This document shows, one piece after another, positions 15,701 through 25,111 of a stretch of DNA of 63,402 nucleotides (position 1 is its first letter; the number at the start of each line of letters is the position of its first letter). Both the position numbers and the translations under genes were made by a program. The notes under the pieces were generated by a model. The model was given only the letters and a program-made list of their open reading frames with translations. It was not told the origin of the DNA and made no database searches. Source of the DNA: Minisyncoccia bacterium (GTDB lineage Bacteria > Patescibacteriota > Minisyncoccia > Phycocordibacterales > GWA1-40-21); contig JBAVTE010000024.1 in assembly GCA_049695975.1 (NCBI GenBank), positions 1-63,402 of the forward strand. Reading direction: 5' to 3'.

Positions 15701-16456
15701 ATGAAATATATTGGCATAGACTATGGAGAAAAAAGAGTTGGTATAGCAGTTTCTGACGCAGAAGGAAAAGTGGCTTTTCCAAAAATCGTTTTTGAAAACA
15801 GCCCTGATTTGATGAAAAAGATATCAGAAATTTGTATCGAATGGGGGATTGAAGCCATAGTTATCGGTGAATCCAAAAATTATAAAGGAGAAGAAAATAA
15901 AATTAATTTTAAAATAATTTCTTTTAAGAAGAACTTGTCTTCTGTAATAAAATTACCATCTTTTCTTGAACCGGAGTTTATGACATCGATGCAGGTTGAA
16001 AAAACATTTGGTACGACTGAGATGCTTGATGCTTCTTCTGCTTCAATTATTTTACAGACATTTTTGGATAAAGAAAAAGTTCGACAAGAAAAAAAGAAAA
16101 TGGCAGAAATACCGGCGGAAAACAAAAGAATATCTTATGATGATTTTAAAAAGGTTGAAATCAAAGTCGGAAAAATCCTTTCCGCAGAGAAAATTCTTGG
16201 CTCAGATAAACTTCTAAAACTTTCTGTTGATTTTGCAGAAGATAAGCCGAGACAGATCCTCTCAGGAATTTCAAAGTTTTTTTTAGACCAGAAAAGTTTG
16301 GTAGGTAAAAAATGTGCTTTTGTTACTAATCTGGAACCGAAACCTCTCATGGGGATGGAAAGCGATGGAATGATACTTGCCGTTGGTGGAGGAGACGCTC
16401 CTTTTTCTCTTTTTGAAGTTAGCGAAGAAATACCAACAGGAATCAAAGCGAAATAA
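15701..16456 (+). CDS. ruvX: YqgF/RuvX-like nuclease fused to a C-terminal tRNA-binding (Trbp111/CsaA/MetRS-C-like) domain
   Basis: N-terminus IGIDYGEKRVGIAVSD is the YqgF motif. The C-terminus FKKVEIKVGKILSAEKILGSDKLLKLSVDF...VTNLEPKPLMGMESDGMILA is a tRNA_bind OB fold. TAGAAT lies 6 nt before the ATG. Confidence 0.7.
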   Translation: MKYIGIDYGEKRVGIAVSDAEGKVAFPKIVFENSPDLMKKISEICIEWGIEAIVIGESKNYKGEENKINFKIISFKKNLSSVIKLPSFLEPEFMTSMQVEKTFGTTEMLDASSASIILQTFLDKEKVRQEKKKMAEIPAENKRISYDDFKKVEIKVGKILSAEKILGSDKLLKLSVDFAEDKPRQILSGISKFFLDQKSLVGKKCAFVTNLEPKPLMGMESDGMILAVGGGDAPFSLFEVSEEIPTGIKAK

Positions 16457-16461
16457 AAAAA

Positions 16462-17073
16462 ATGTTTACTTATATTATCAATTTGCTTGATCCGACAGTG
16501 ATTATTCAGACACTAGGTCTTGCTGGAATTTTTTTTATTGTATTTGCCGAGTCGGGCTTATTTTTTGGTTTCTTTTTGCCTGGTGATTCTTTACTTTTTA
16601 CTGCCGGTTTCCTTGCGTCACAAGGATATTTAAATGTTCATATTTTGGCATGGGGTGCTTTTATTTGTGCTATTCTCGGAGATAGTTTTGGATATTATTT
16701 TGGTCAGAAAATCGGTCCCAAAATTTTTATAAAGGAAGACTCTCTTTTTTTCAAAAAAGATTATGTAAAAAAGGCGCAGGATTTTTATGAAAAATATGGC
16801 AACAAAACTATTATTCTTGCAAGATTTATTCCAATCGTGAGAACTTTTGCTCCGATAGTTGCGGGTGTGGGTCAGATGAAATATCCAAATTTTTTAACAT
16901 ACAATATTATCGGTGCTTTTTTGTGGTCATTTACGACCATATATTTAGGAAATTTTCTTGGTAATGTTGTTCCCAACGCAGATACGTATATATTGCCTAT
17001 TATTCTCATTATTATTTTGGTTTCTTTTTTTCCAATTATTTGGGAAATAATAAAAAAAATGAACAAAAATTGA
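16462..17073 (+). CDS. DedA-family membrane protein
   Basis: GFFLPGDSLLFTAGFLA and LARFIPIVRTFAPIVAG motifs. Confidence 0.75.
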   Translation: MFTYIINLLDPTVIIQTLGLAGIFFIVFAESGLFFGFFLPGDSLLFTAGFLASQGYLNVHILAWGAFICAILGDSFGYYFGQKIGPKIFIKEDSLFFKKDYVKKAQDFYEKYGNKTIILARFIPIVRTFAPIVAGVGQMKYPNFLTYNIIGAFLWSFTTIYLGNFLGNVVPNADTYILPIILIIILVSFFPIIWEIIKKMNKN

Positions 17074-17123
17074 CATATTTTTTGTTTTGTTTTTTCTGTA
17101 ACTATTGTATAATGTGAGTAATT

Positions 17124-18212
17124 ATGAATCTTGATTTTTTAGTGAATTTTTTTGGACCACCTGAATTTCTAAAAATGCCTTTTGTGGCTTTTGATATTAG
17201 CAACCATTTTGTTCGGTTCGTTGAATTGAAAAAAAGGGGAGGATCTTTTGTTTTGGGAAAGGTTGGAGAAAAGAAAATACCGGAAGGAATATTTTCTAGT
17301 GGTGATATATTAAAAAAAACAGAACTCATTTCTATATTATCTGATATCAAAAAAGAAAACGGCTTCAATTTGGTTAAAGTATCTATACCAGAGGAAAAGT
17401 CCTATATTTTTATTACTGAAGTACCAAAAGTAGAACATAAAGAAATTCGTCAGATGATTGAATTTTGCTTAGAAGAAAATGTTCCCCTGAAGCTAGAAGA
17501 AGCTGTTTTTGAATATTCAATTATAGAGCAATCCGAGACATCCAATTTGTTAAAAATAAATGTATCTGTGATTCAAAAACAAACAGTAGATTCTTTTTTA
17601 GATGTGTTTCAATCGGCAGGATTTCTTCCTCTTTCTTTAAAAACAGAATCGAAGGCGGTAGTAAGGTGTATTTTACCTCCTGAAATAATGGGTAATGTCT
17701 TGATTATTAATATTAAAGACACATCTACGATTCTTTCGATGACAATAAATGGTGTAGTATGGTTTACATCTACTATATCTATTGGAAAAAATTTTGTAAT
17801 AGATATATTGAAAAAAAATTCTATTACAAATCAACAATCCATATACAAAATATCTGAAGATATTTTTTCTTCCGATGAAGCGAAAAATGCTGAAGTTTTC
17901 GATTCTCTGATGAATGTTTTTTCAATTTTAAGAGATGATGTGAAAAAGTTTATAGAATTTTGGGAGAACAAATGTGGAAAAATTTCTCAACCTATTTGTA
18001 AAATAGACAAAGTAGTTCTTTGTGGGAGTGTTTCAGCTATACCTGGTTTTGCAAGATATATGTCCTCAAGTTTAGGTTTACAGGTCGAAGTTGCAAATGT
18101 ATGGGTTAATATTTTTAATATCGAAAATATTGTTCCTTCAGTGAAATTTGTCGATTCTTTGGATTTCGGGCCAGTTTTAGGGGTTGCTTTGGGAGATATA
18201 GATAAAATATAA
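17124..18212 (+). CDS. pilM: Type IV pilus assembly protein PilM (actin-like ATPase fold)
   Basis: Size, layout and the downstream PilN-like gene. Confidence 0.6.
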   Translation: MNLDFLVNFFGPPEFLKMPFVAFDISNHFVRFVELKKRGGSFVLGKVGEKKIPEGIFSSGDILKKTELISILSDIKKENGFNLVKVSIPEEKSYIFITEVPKVEHKEIRQMIEFCLEENVPLKLEEAVFEYSIIEQSETSNLLKINVSVIQKQTVDSFLDVFQSAGFLPLSLKTESKAVVRCILPPEIMGNVLIINIKDTSTILSMTINGVVWFTSTISIGKNFVIDILKKNSITNQQSIYKISEDIFSSDEAKNAEVFDSLMNVFSILRDDVKKFIEFWENKCGKISQPICKIDKVVLCGSVSAIPGFARYMSSSLGLQVEVANVWVNIFNIENIVPSVKFVDSLDFGPVLGVALGDIDKI

Positions 18213-18764
18213 ATGTTAAATTTTTTACCAGCACAAGCAAAAAAGAACGTAGAGAAAGAATACTATGCAAGAGTAGGGATACTTTTTTTGGGTATTATTT
18301 GTCTTCTTACTATTTATTCTATTAGCTTTATGATACCAGCTTATTCTTCTTCTGTTTATGAGAAAAATATGTTAACTATGGAAGTTCAGCAAATTGATCT
18401 TGGTGCCTCAAATTGCACGGGCGGGGAAGCAGAATGTATTGATCCTACAGTACAAATTAAATCTGCAAACTTGCTCCTTGATGTCTTGAAGGGCGAAGCG
18501 GGAACCCCTGTTTCTCTTACTCTTTTAGAGATTTTAAATAATAAAAATAGTGGAATAAAAATTACTGCAATAAAATATTTAGGTGAGACAGCAGATCAGT
18601 ATAAGTTTTCTGTATCCGGGCAATCTGCAACTAGAGAAGAGCTTTTAGCTTTTTTCGAAAATCTGAAGAAGGGTACTCGTTTTAGTGGAGTGGACCTACC
18701 TACTTCCGGTTTTATCAAAAGAACAGATATTGATTTTAATTTAACAATAAAAGTTAAAAATTAA
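18213..18764 (+). CDS. pilN: PilN-like pilus assembly protein
   Basis: N-terminal LNFLP motif followed by a single TM helix. Confidence 0.5.
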   Translation: MLNFLPAQAKKNVEKEYYARVGILFLGIICLLTIYSISFMIPAYSSSVYEKNMLTMEVQQIDLGASNCTGGEAECIDPTVQIKSANLLLDVLKGEAGTPVSLTLLEILNNKNSGIKITAIKYLGETADQYKFSVSGQSATREELLAFFENLKKGTRFSGVDLPTSGFIKRTDIDFNLTIKVKN

Positions 18765-18767
18765 ATT

Positions 18768-19316
18768 ATGTTAACTGAAACAAAGAAAAAAATAGTCATT
18801 CTGTTTCTCCTCGCGGTTTCTTTGATCGGTATTTATTATTTTCTAGTTGCGGATATAATGAAAAAAAATCAAGATATTTATACAATGTTGCAGAATATAA
18901 ATAATGCAAAAGTAAAGGAGAGCGAATTTGTTTATTTAAATGAAAATTTATCTTTAGCAAAAGATAAAATCGAAAAGCTTCACGACTTTATTTTAAAGAC
19001 AGACGGCGAAGTGGATTTTATTAAGGTCATAGAAGATTTGGCTCTTTCTAGTAACGTAAAGTCAGAAATAAAGTCAGCACAGACGGAACAAATTTCTGAT
19101 AAAGAATCAAGTATTGCGGAAAATTTTAGAATAGGGATTGATGCTGTTGGTACTTGGAGTGATGATATTTATTTTTTGACTTTGATAGAAAATCTGCCTT
19201 TTCAAGTTACAATAAACAATGTATCTTTTGAGAAAATTTCTGATTACGAAATAAAAGGTGAAAAAGTTCCACAGTGGCTTTTAAGAATTGATTTTTCTAT
19301 AATAAAACAAAAATAA
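18768..19316 (+). CDS. PilO-like pilus assembly protein
   Basis: TM helix followed by coiled coil, in the expected position after pilN. Confidence 0.4.
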   Translation: MLTETKKKIVILFLLAVSLIGIYYFLVADIMKKNQDIYTMLQNINNAKVKESEFVYLNENLSLAKDKIEKLHDFILKTDGEVDFIKVIEDLALSSNVKSEIKSAQTEQISDKESSIAENFRIGIDAVGTWSDDIYFLTLIENLPFQVTINNVSFEKISDYEIKGEKVPQWLLRIDFSIIKQK

Positions 19317-19627
19317 TGATAAAAATAATAGCTAATAATAAATATGAAAAATTCAAAGATATTTTTTCTGGGGTAATAAATCCTCGAAGAGAGTGGTACA
19401 TTTTTATAACACTTTTTATTTTAGGAATAATTGTACTTGGATGTTTTTCTTTTTATTTGTATAGAAATGTACAATCAAATAATGATTTTCTAAAAAATAA
19501 TATAAATATATCTGCAACAGATAAAATAAATCTTACAAGATTAAATAAAATTATTTTAAATTATGAGCAAAGGAGGGATAGATTCAATAGGTTTCCAAAA
19601 ACAAAATTAGTTGACCCTAGTATATAA
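19316..19627 (+). CDS. Small single-TM protein, last gene of the pil cluster
   Basis: 103-aa ORF whose start overlaps the preceding stop. Confidence 0.4.
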   Translation: MIKIIANNKYEKFKDIFSGVINPRREWYIFITLFILGIIVLGCFSFYLYRNVQSNNDFLKNNINISATDKINLTRLNKIILNYEQRRDRFNRFPKTKLVDPSI

Positions 19628-19649
19628 AACTGATATATTGCGTTTGCCT

Positions 19650-19721
19650 GCCTTCGTAGTTCAATGGATAGAACAGAGCTCTTCTAAGGCTTTGATGTAG
19701 GTTCGATTCCTACCGAGGGCA
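19650..19721 (+). tRNA. tRNA-Arg (anticodon TCT), CCA not encoded
   Basis: Manual cloverleaf: acceptor GCCTTCG/CGAGGGC, anticodon loop CTTCTAA, T-arm GTAGG-TTCGATT-CCTAC. Confidence 0.85.
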
Positions 19722-19736
19722 CATTGCAAATATATG

Positions 19737-19770
19737 AAAATCGCCAATGATCCAAAGGCGATTTTCTTTT
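19737..19770 (+). terminator. Intrinsic terminator AAAATCGCC-loop-GGCGATTTTCTTTT
   Basis: Hairpin followed by a T-tract. It is nested inside the longer inverted repeat 19717-19730 / 19768-19780. Confidence 0.6.
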
Positions 19771-19905
19771 GCAATGTGCCGGCCGGACTGAGCGAAGCGA
19801 AGGAGGTGGGGACTGCGACTTTGCCTTGAGTTCACGAAAGGCAAAAGTCGTGGTTCACAAATTTTTAAAAGCACCTTGAATGGTGCTTTTAAAATTGGTG
19901 CCGGC
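19768..19905 (+). repeat. G+C-rich hairpin-module element E2, 3' of tRNA-Arg
   Basis: It starts with TTTGCAATGTGCC, the reverse complement of the tRNA end plus trailer. It contains GAGCGAAGCGAAGG, the hairpin CGACTTTGCC..GGCAAAAGTCG, and GTGCCGGC direct repeats at 19775 and 19898. It also holds a bidirectional terminator at 19867-19890. Confidence 0.55.
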
Positions 19906-19927
19906 TAAGTTGAGTATTTTCTAGTAT

Positions 19928-20269
19928 CTAAACTCTACCATAATCATCTTCTAATCTGACAATATCTTTTTCATCAAAGGTACCAAAAGAAATTTCAAGG
20001 ACTTGGGCATCACCATCTTTGTGTTTGAGTCTATGTTTTATACCGATTGGAATTTCTACTTCATCGCCGACTTTCATTTCAACAGTTTCTTCACCAACAA
20101 CCGCCCAGACTTGCCCGGACAAAACTTTCCAGAATTCCTGTCTACTTTTGTGATATTGTAAACTACACTCTGCACCTGGCTTAACTCGGAGGATTTTTAC
20201 TGTCGACATTTCATTTAAAGTAAATTGTTCTTCTTCTCCCCATGGTTCTTTTATAAAAATTTTTTTCAT
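19928..20269 (-). CDS. Cupin-domain protein resembling the type II phosphomannose isomerase C-terminal domain
   Basis: SLQYHKSRQEFW..., GIKHRL and C-terminal EKDIVRLEDDYGRV motifs. Confidence 0.65.
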   Translation of the reverse strand: MKKIFIKEPWGEEEQFTLNEMSTVKILRVKPGAECSLQYHKSRQEFWKVLSGQVWAVVGEETVEMKVGDEVEIPIGIKHRLKHKDGDAQVLEISFGTFDEKDIVRLEDDYGRV

Positions 20270-21015
20270 TTGTCTTCATCGATTATTTTTCTAATAAAAT
20301 TTTTGGTTTCTTCTACGTTTTTCACTGCAATAGTTTCTATTCCAGTTGTCTTCACTGAAGCATCGTTGCCACCGGGGAAAAAAGCATCACCGATAAATAA
20401 AATTTCTTCTTTTTTATAACCAAGTCTAGTACAAATTTGGTTTATGGCAAAAGCCTTGTCTATATGTTTGGAGGTAATATCAATGGAAGTAGAGCCTCCA
20501 ATCGCAACATCAAATTCTGGTAAAAGTTTCTGTAATTTATTTTGTAAAATTTTCCTTTTTGTATAATCAGGATCCCATTTCTCTTTTTCGATTTGAGGGG
20601 CTTCTTGTCCCAATGCTGAAAAAGTAAATTCTGCTTCACGATCCTCCAATCTTTTTCCGAAGTGTTCTTTTGGGAGCAAATTTTCTTCATGAGAAACTGT
20701 GTCTACGGCAGTAACAATCTTAGTTTTATCTATTTCAGAAAATGATTCTGAATAGATCTTGTGCCAAATTCCCATCTCAAATTTGTACATAGAACCTCCT
20801 TTAGTTGGGAAAATAATCAAATTTTCTAGGAGATTTTTTGGACAAGAAAAGCGGTTAATTACTTGCTTCTCAAATTGTGTAAAACCTCCACCGGAGACAA
20901 TAGCCACAGCCTTTTTTTGAAGCAGATTACTTAAAAGTGTGGACATCTCTTTGTCTAATGGGCTTTTACTTTGGGCCAAAGTACCATCTAGGTCAAAAAC
21001 TATAATTTTTTTCAT
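20266..21015 (-). CDS. HAD-IIB hydrolase, eukaryotic-type phosphomannomutase-like
   Basis: IIVFDLDGTLAQSKSPLD, then VAIVSGGGFTQFEKQ and a C-terminal GDAFFPGGND motif. The start was moved to MKKIIVF. Confidence 0.6.
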   Translation of the reverse strand: MKKIIVFDLDGTLAQSKSPLDKEMSTLLSNLLQKKAVAIVSGGGFTQFEKQVINRFSCPKNLLENLIIFPTKGGSMYKFEMGIWHKIYSESFSEIDKTKIVTAVDTVSHEENLLPKEHFGKRLEDREAEFTFSALGQEAPQIEKEKWDPDYTKRKILQNKLQKLLPEFDVAIGGSTSIDITSKHIDKAFAINQICTRLGYKKEEILFIGDAFFPGGNDASVKTTGIETIAVKNVEETKNFIRKIIDEDK

Positions 21016-21152
21016 TGTGTGTATTATATCTAAACTACGACATTCAAGCAATTAAAGAAATATGTTGTATTTTTAACACGATAGTGTGGTATAATGTTTT
21101 GAAAGGTGTGTTTATACAAAAACCATCACCTCAAGTTTTTGTAATAAAAAAA

Positions 21153-22976
21153 ATGAAAGAAAAAGTTTTGAAACAAAAAAAAGTTAAAGATAATTTAGAA
21201 TCTTTAGTTTTTTTTAATTTTCAGAAAAAAGTTTTTATTTTATTGCGACAAAAATTAGATAAAACTCAATTTGTTTTGTTATCAAACAAAAAAGATTCGA
21301 TTAAAGATTTTAATAAACGTGTTAGAAAAGTTAGTTTTGATACAAAAGATTTTACGGTTGATTTCTTCAAAATTCAAAATTTTCATATAACTGAATTTGA
21401 TCGAGAATTAGTTTTATCATTTACCGACGAGAGCAAAACCTTTCTGGCTTTTTCTAAAAATGGAATCAAATGGACAGTGAAAGGAGTTTTACCACAAATT
21501 ATTGAAGAAGGCTGTCTGTCGCCATGTAAAGTAAATGGCGATAATTTTGCTTTTTTCTATGGTAATAAGGATATCAAAGTTGCATATTCTTCAGATTTAA
21601 AAAATTGGAAGATAGATGGGTCTTCTATTTTAAAAACGAGAGATAGTTTTTTTGATAAAAATGATTTACGAGTGGTAAGTGTCCATTTGTTTGGAAAAGG
21701 CGTTGGCTTAGTCTATGAATCATCTAGTCAAAAAGGGAACCAATATTTGGAAACTGGTTATGCACTTTTGGCTAGAGATAATTTTTCAAAAATAATTTGG
21801 CGTACCGACTCCCCGCTGACTGACGGTTGTCTACCTACTCTTGGTGTGGCTGATACTCGATGTCTAGGTATGATTTTAAAGGCGGGAATATTTTATTTAT
21901 ATTATAAATCTGGCATGAAGTTATTTGTAATTTCTGGAAGAGATCCTTTTTCTGTACCAGTTGAAACTACTAAAAGAATGACCAAACATCCCAAGAATCC
22001 TATTATTTGGCCTAAAGCTATTCAAAAATGGCAAGCGATGGGCACCTTCAATCCTGGAGCTGTGTACCTAGATGGAAAAGTTCATCTGGTCTATCGTGCT
22101 GTAAGTGATGTTGGTTTGTCCACAGTTGGTTATGCATTACTCAAAGATTGTTTGCATATCGAATGTCAATCAGATGAGCCGATTTACATTGTTGGACAAG
22201 AATCCAATTTTAAAGAAAGCACACAACAACCATTTATGTATGAATCTGGCCCTGGCTTTGGTGGTTGTGAGGACCCACGGCTGGTTCAAATAGGGGAGAC
22301 TATTTATATGATCTATCTCAATTTTAATGGTTGGGAAAATCCTCGAATTGCTATGACTTCTATCTCCGCTCAAGATTTTTTAAATAAAAAATGGGCTTGG
22401 CGAAAACCGATTTTTTTGTCTAGAGAGGGTCAGATGCATAAAAACTGGGTGTTATTTCCAGAAAAAATTAATGGTAAATTTGCCTTACTCAGTAGCTTAA
22501 GTCCCAAGGTTCAAGTTATTTATTTTGATAAAATGCCAAAAAAGAATATAAGATTGGAGAGTCAATTTAAAAATAAATCAGATGTGAGACGTTGGGATAA
22601 TGTAATGAGAGGAACTGGTGCCCCACCCATTAGAACAGAACATGGATGGCTCGTCCTGTATCATGCAATGGATGTACGTGACCCCAATAAATACAAAGTA
22701 GGCGCTATGATATTGGATTATGCAAATCCAGAGAAAATTTTGTACCGTTCTGCCAATCCTATTCTGGAACCAGATCAAAAATATGAAAATGAAGGTTTCA
22801 AGTCTGGAGTAGTGTATGTCTGCGGAGCTGTGGTTGTGGAAGATACTTTATTTGTTTATTATGGTGGTGCTGACACCGTAGTCTGTGTCGCAACGATACC
22901 ATTTCAAGCATTTTTAAAAAGTTTGATGACAGATACCCAAGAGGAGATCGGCCTTCAAGAAATTTTTTTGAATTAA
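21153..22976 (+). CDS. GH130-family glycoside phosphorylase/hydrolase with an unknown ~270-aa N-terminal region
   Basis: GGCEDPR motif, and NPGAV...YRAV and GAPPIRTEHGWLVLYH blocks typical of GH130 (DUF377). An extended -10 TGGTATAAT lies at 21087-21095. Confidence 0.65.
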   Translation: MKEKVLKQKKVKDNLESLVFFNFQKKVFILLRQKLDKTQFVLLSNKKDSIKDFNKRVRKVSFDTKDFTVDFFKIQNFHITEFDRELVLSFTDESKTFLAFSKNGIKWTVKGVLPQIIEEGCLSPCKVNGDNFAFFYGNKDIKVAYSSDLKNWKIDGSSILKTRDSFFDKNDLRVVSVHLFGKGVGLVYESSSQKGNQYLETGYALLARDNFSKIIWRTDSPLTDGCLPTLGVADTRCLGMILKAGIFYLYYKSGMKLFVISGRDPFSVPVETTKRMTKHPKNPIIWPKAIQKWQAMGTFNPGAVYLDGKVHLVYRAVSDVGLSTVGYALLKDCLHIECQSDEPIYIVGQESNFKESTQQPFMYESGPGFGGCEDPRLVQIGETIYMIYLNFNGWENPRIAMTSISAQDFLNKKWAWRKPIFLSREGQMHKNWVLFPEKINGKFALLSSLSPKVQVIYFDKMPKKNIRLESQFKNKSDVRRWDNVMRGTGAPPIRTEHGWLVLYHAMDVRDPNKYKVGAMILDYANPEKILYRSANPILEPDQKYENEGFKSGVVYVCGAVVVEDTLFVYYGGADTVVCVATIPFQAFLKSLMTDTQEEIGLQEIFLN

Positions 22977-22979
22977 AAT

Positions 22980-24902
22980 ATGTTTTCAGTAAAAAAATCC
23001 ATAAATAATCCTTTATTAGAGCCAGATACGAATGAACCATGGCAAGCAGAGGCTGTTTTCAATTGGTGTCCAGTTCAAGATAAAAAAGTCACCCGTTTTG
23101 TCTATAGGGCGATGTCAGCTCGAGAATTTTCCTACAATGTCAATTTATCTGTATCTACTATTGGTTATGCTGAAACAAAAGATTACATCAATTTCACCGA
23201 TCGTCGGCAGATAATCTTTCCAGAATATGAATGGGAAAAGTTTGGTTGTGAAGATCCTCGTATGGTCAAAATAGGTAAAAAATATTATATTTTTTATACA
23301 GCATTATCAAACCATCCTTTCGATGCAAACAGTATCAAGGTTGCCCTAGCTATTACAGAAGATTTTCAACATTTTGAAAAACATTTGATTACACCTTTCA
23401 ATGCCAAGGCAATGACTCTGTTTCCAGAAAAAATTAATGGAAAGTTTACAGCGATTCTCTCAGTGGATACCGACAATCCGCCTGCAAAAATATCCATGAT
23501 TCAGTTTGATAAAGAAGAAGATATGTGGAATAGCCAAATTTGGAAGAAATGGTATTCAGAAATTGAGAAATATCGGATAGATCCACGCAGATTTGATACT
23601 GATCAAGTAGAAATAGGTGCTCCACCAATAAAAACAAAGAAAGGTTGGCTTTTGATATATAGTCATATCCAAAATTATTTTAAAAAACATAAGGAAGGTT
23701 TTTATTCTGAAGATGTCAGTTTTGGCGTAGAGGCCATGTTGCTTGATAAGAATAATCCTACAAAAATTCTAGGAAAGAGTAAGGGGGCAATCTTTAGTGA
23801 CGGTGAATCTTATGAAAAATTTGGAAAAGTTCCTAATATTGTTTTTCCTTCCGGTGCTCTTATCAAGAAAAAAGATTTGGAAATTTTTTATGGCGGGGCA
23901 GATACAGTATGCTGTCAGGCAAAAGTGAATTTGGAAAATCTTTTGGCTAGTTTATTGCCAGGTGCGATGGATAAATTTGTAAAACGATACGATGGTAATC
24001 CTATACTTTTGCTCAAACCAGAAAATGCGTGGGAAAATTATGCTGTTTTCAATCCGGGTGCTTTTCAAGATGGAAAAATAATAAATATTGTTTATCGTTC
24101 AATGTCGACCGACGGCACATCTTTCTTTGGCTTGGCCACAAGTCGAAATGGTCTGAAAATTAATTCTCGTTTAGATCATCCAATCTATTCTCCACGAGCA
24201 GATTTTGAAAGCAAAAAGCAACCAGGGAACTCGGGTTGTGAAGATCCACGATTGACACTTTTGGATGGACAAATATATATGTGCTACACCGCTTATGATG
24301 GAGTGGATTTGCCTAGAGTGGCTTTGTCTCATATTTCTCTTTTAGATTTTAGAAATCAAAACTGGAATTGGTCTGAACCCGTGCTCATTTCTCCGAATAA
24401 TGTTGACGATAAAGACGCTTGTATTTTTCCAGAAAAAATTGATGGAAAATTTTTATTGATTCACCGAATCAATGGCGATATCTGTGCCGATTTTTTGCAT
24501 TCGCCAAAATCTATAGAGGAAGCCACATTGTTGGGAACGCCAATTATTTTGCCGAGGCCCGGGATGTGGGACAATGAAAAAGTGGGTCTAGCTGCACCAC
24601 CTATAAAAACCAAAAAAGGGTGGCTTCTTCTCTATCATGGTATTTCCAAAAGCCATCATACTTACAGAGTTGGTGCTGTTCTACTTGATTTAAAAAATCC
24701 TACTTTAGTCATTGGTCGTACCAGCCAACCAATTTTTGAACCGCGAGAAAAATATGAATTGGAAGGACAAGTACCAAAAGTTGTTTTTCCTTGTGGTTTA
24801 GCTTTCATAAAAGACAAACTTTTTATCTATTACGGCGGTGCTGATAGTGTCGTTGGTGTAGCTACTGCTTCTATCAAAAAACTTTTGAGTATGTTTGATT
24901 AG
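22980..24902 (+). CDS. Tandem double GH130 domain protein
   Basis: Two copies of the module: GCEDPRM...GAPPIKTKKGWLLIY and GCEDPRL...AAPPIKTKKGWLLLYH. Confidence 0.7.
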   Translation: MFSVKKSINNPLLEPDTNEPWQAEAVFNWCPVQDKKVTRFVYRAMSAREFSYNVNLSVSTIGYAETKDYINFTDRRQIIFPEYEWEKFGCEDPRMVKIGKKYYIFYTALSNHPFDANSIKVALAITEDFQHFEKHLITPFNAKAMTLFPEKINGKFTAILSVDTDNPPAKISMIQFDKEEDMWNSQIWKKWYSEIEKYRIDPRRFDTDQVEIGAPPIKTKKGWLLIYSHIQNYFKKHKEGFYSEDVSFGVEAMLLDKNNPTKILGKSKGAIFSDGESYEKFGKVPNIVFPSGALIKKKDLEIFYGGADTVCCQAKVNLENLLASLLPGAMDKFVKRYDGNPILLLKPENAWENYAVFNPGAFQDGKIINIVYRSMSTDGTSFFGLATSRNGLKINSRLDHPIYSPRADFESKKQPGNSGCEDPRLTLLDGQIYMCYTAYDGVDLPRVALSHISLLDFRNQNWNWSEPVLISPNNVDDKDACIFPEKIDGKFLLIHRINGDICADFLHSPKSIEEATLLGTPIILPRPGMWDNEKVGLAAPPIKTKKGWLLLYHGISKSHHTYRVGAVLLDLKNPTLVIGRTSQPIFEPREKYELEGQVPKVVFPCGLAFIKDKLFIYYGGADSVVGVATASIKKLLSMFD

Positions 24903-24953
24903 ATATCAGCCACCTTTCTTTTTTATCTTTTTTCTGTTATAAATGAATCTCTC

Positions 24954-25027
24954 GGGCGCTTAGCTCAGTTGGTTAGAGCACCTCATTTACACTGAGGGGG
25001 TCAGGGGTTCGAATCCCTTAGCGCCCA
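24954..25027 (+). tRNA. tRNA-Val (anticodon TAC), CCA not encoded
   Basis: Acceptor GGGCGCT/AGCGCCC, anticodon stem CCTCA/TGAGG with loop TTTACAC, T-loop TTCGAAT. Confidence 0.85.
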
Positions 25028-25111
25028 CATGACAAAAACTAGTTAAATATTAATACTTAGAATATTTAATTTTTTGTCTGGTGACCGAGTCTTCTATCGC
25101 CCACATATTTA

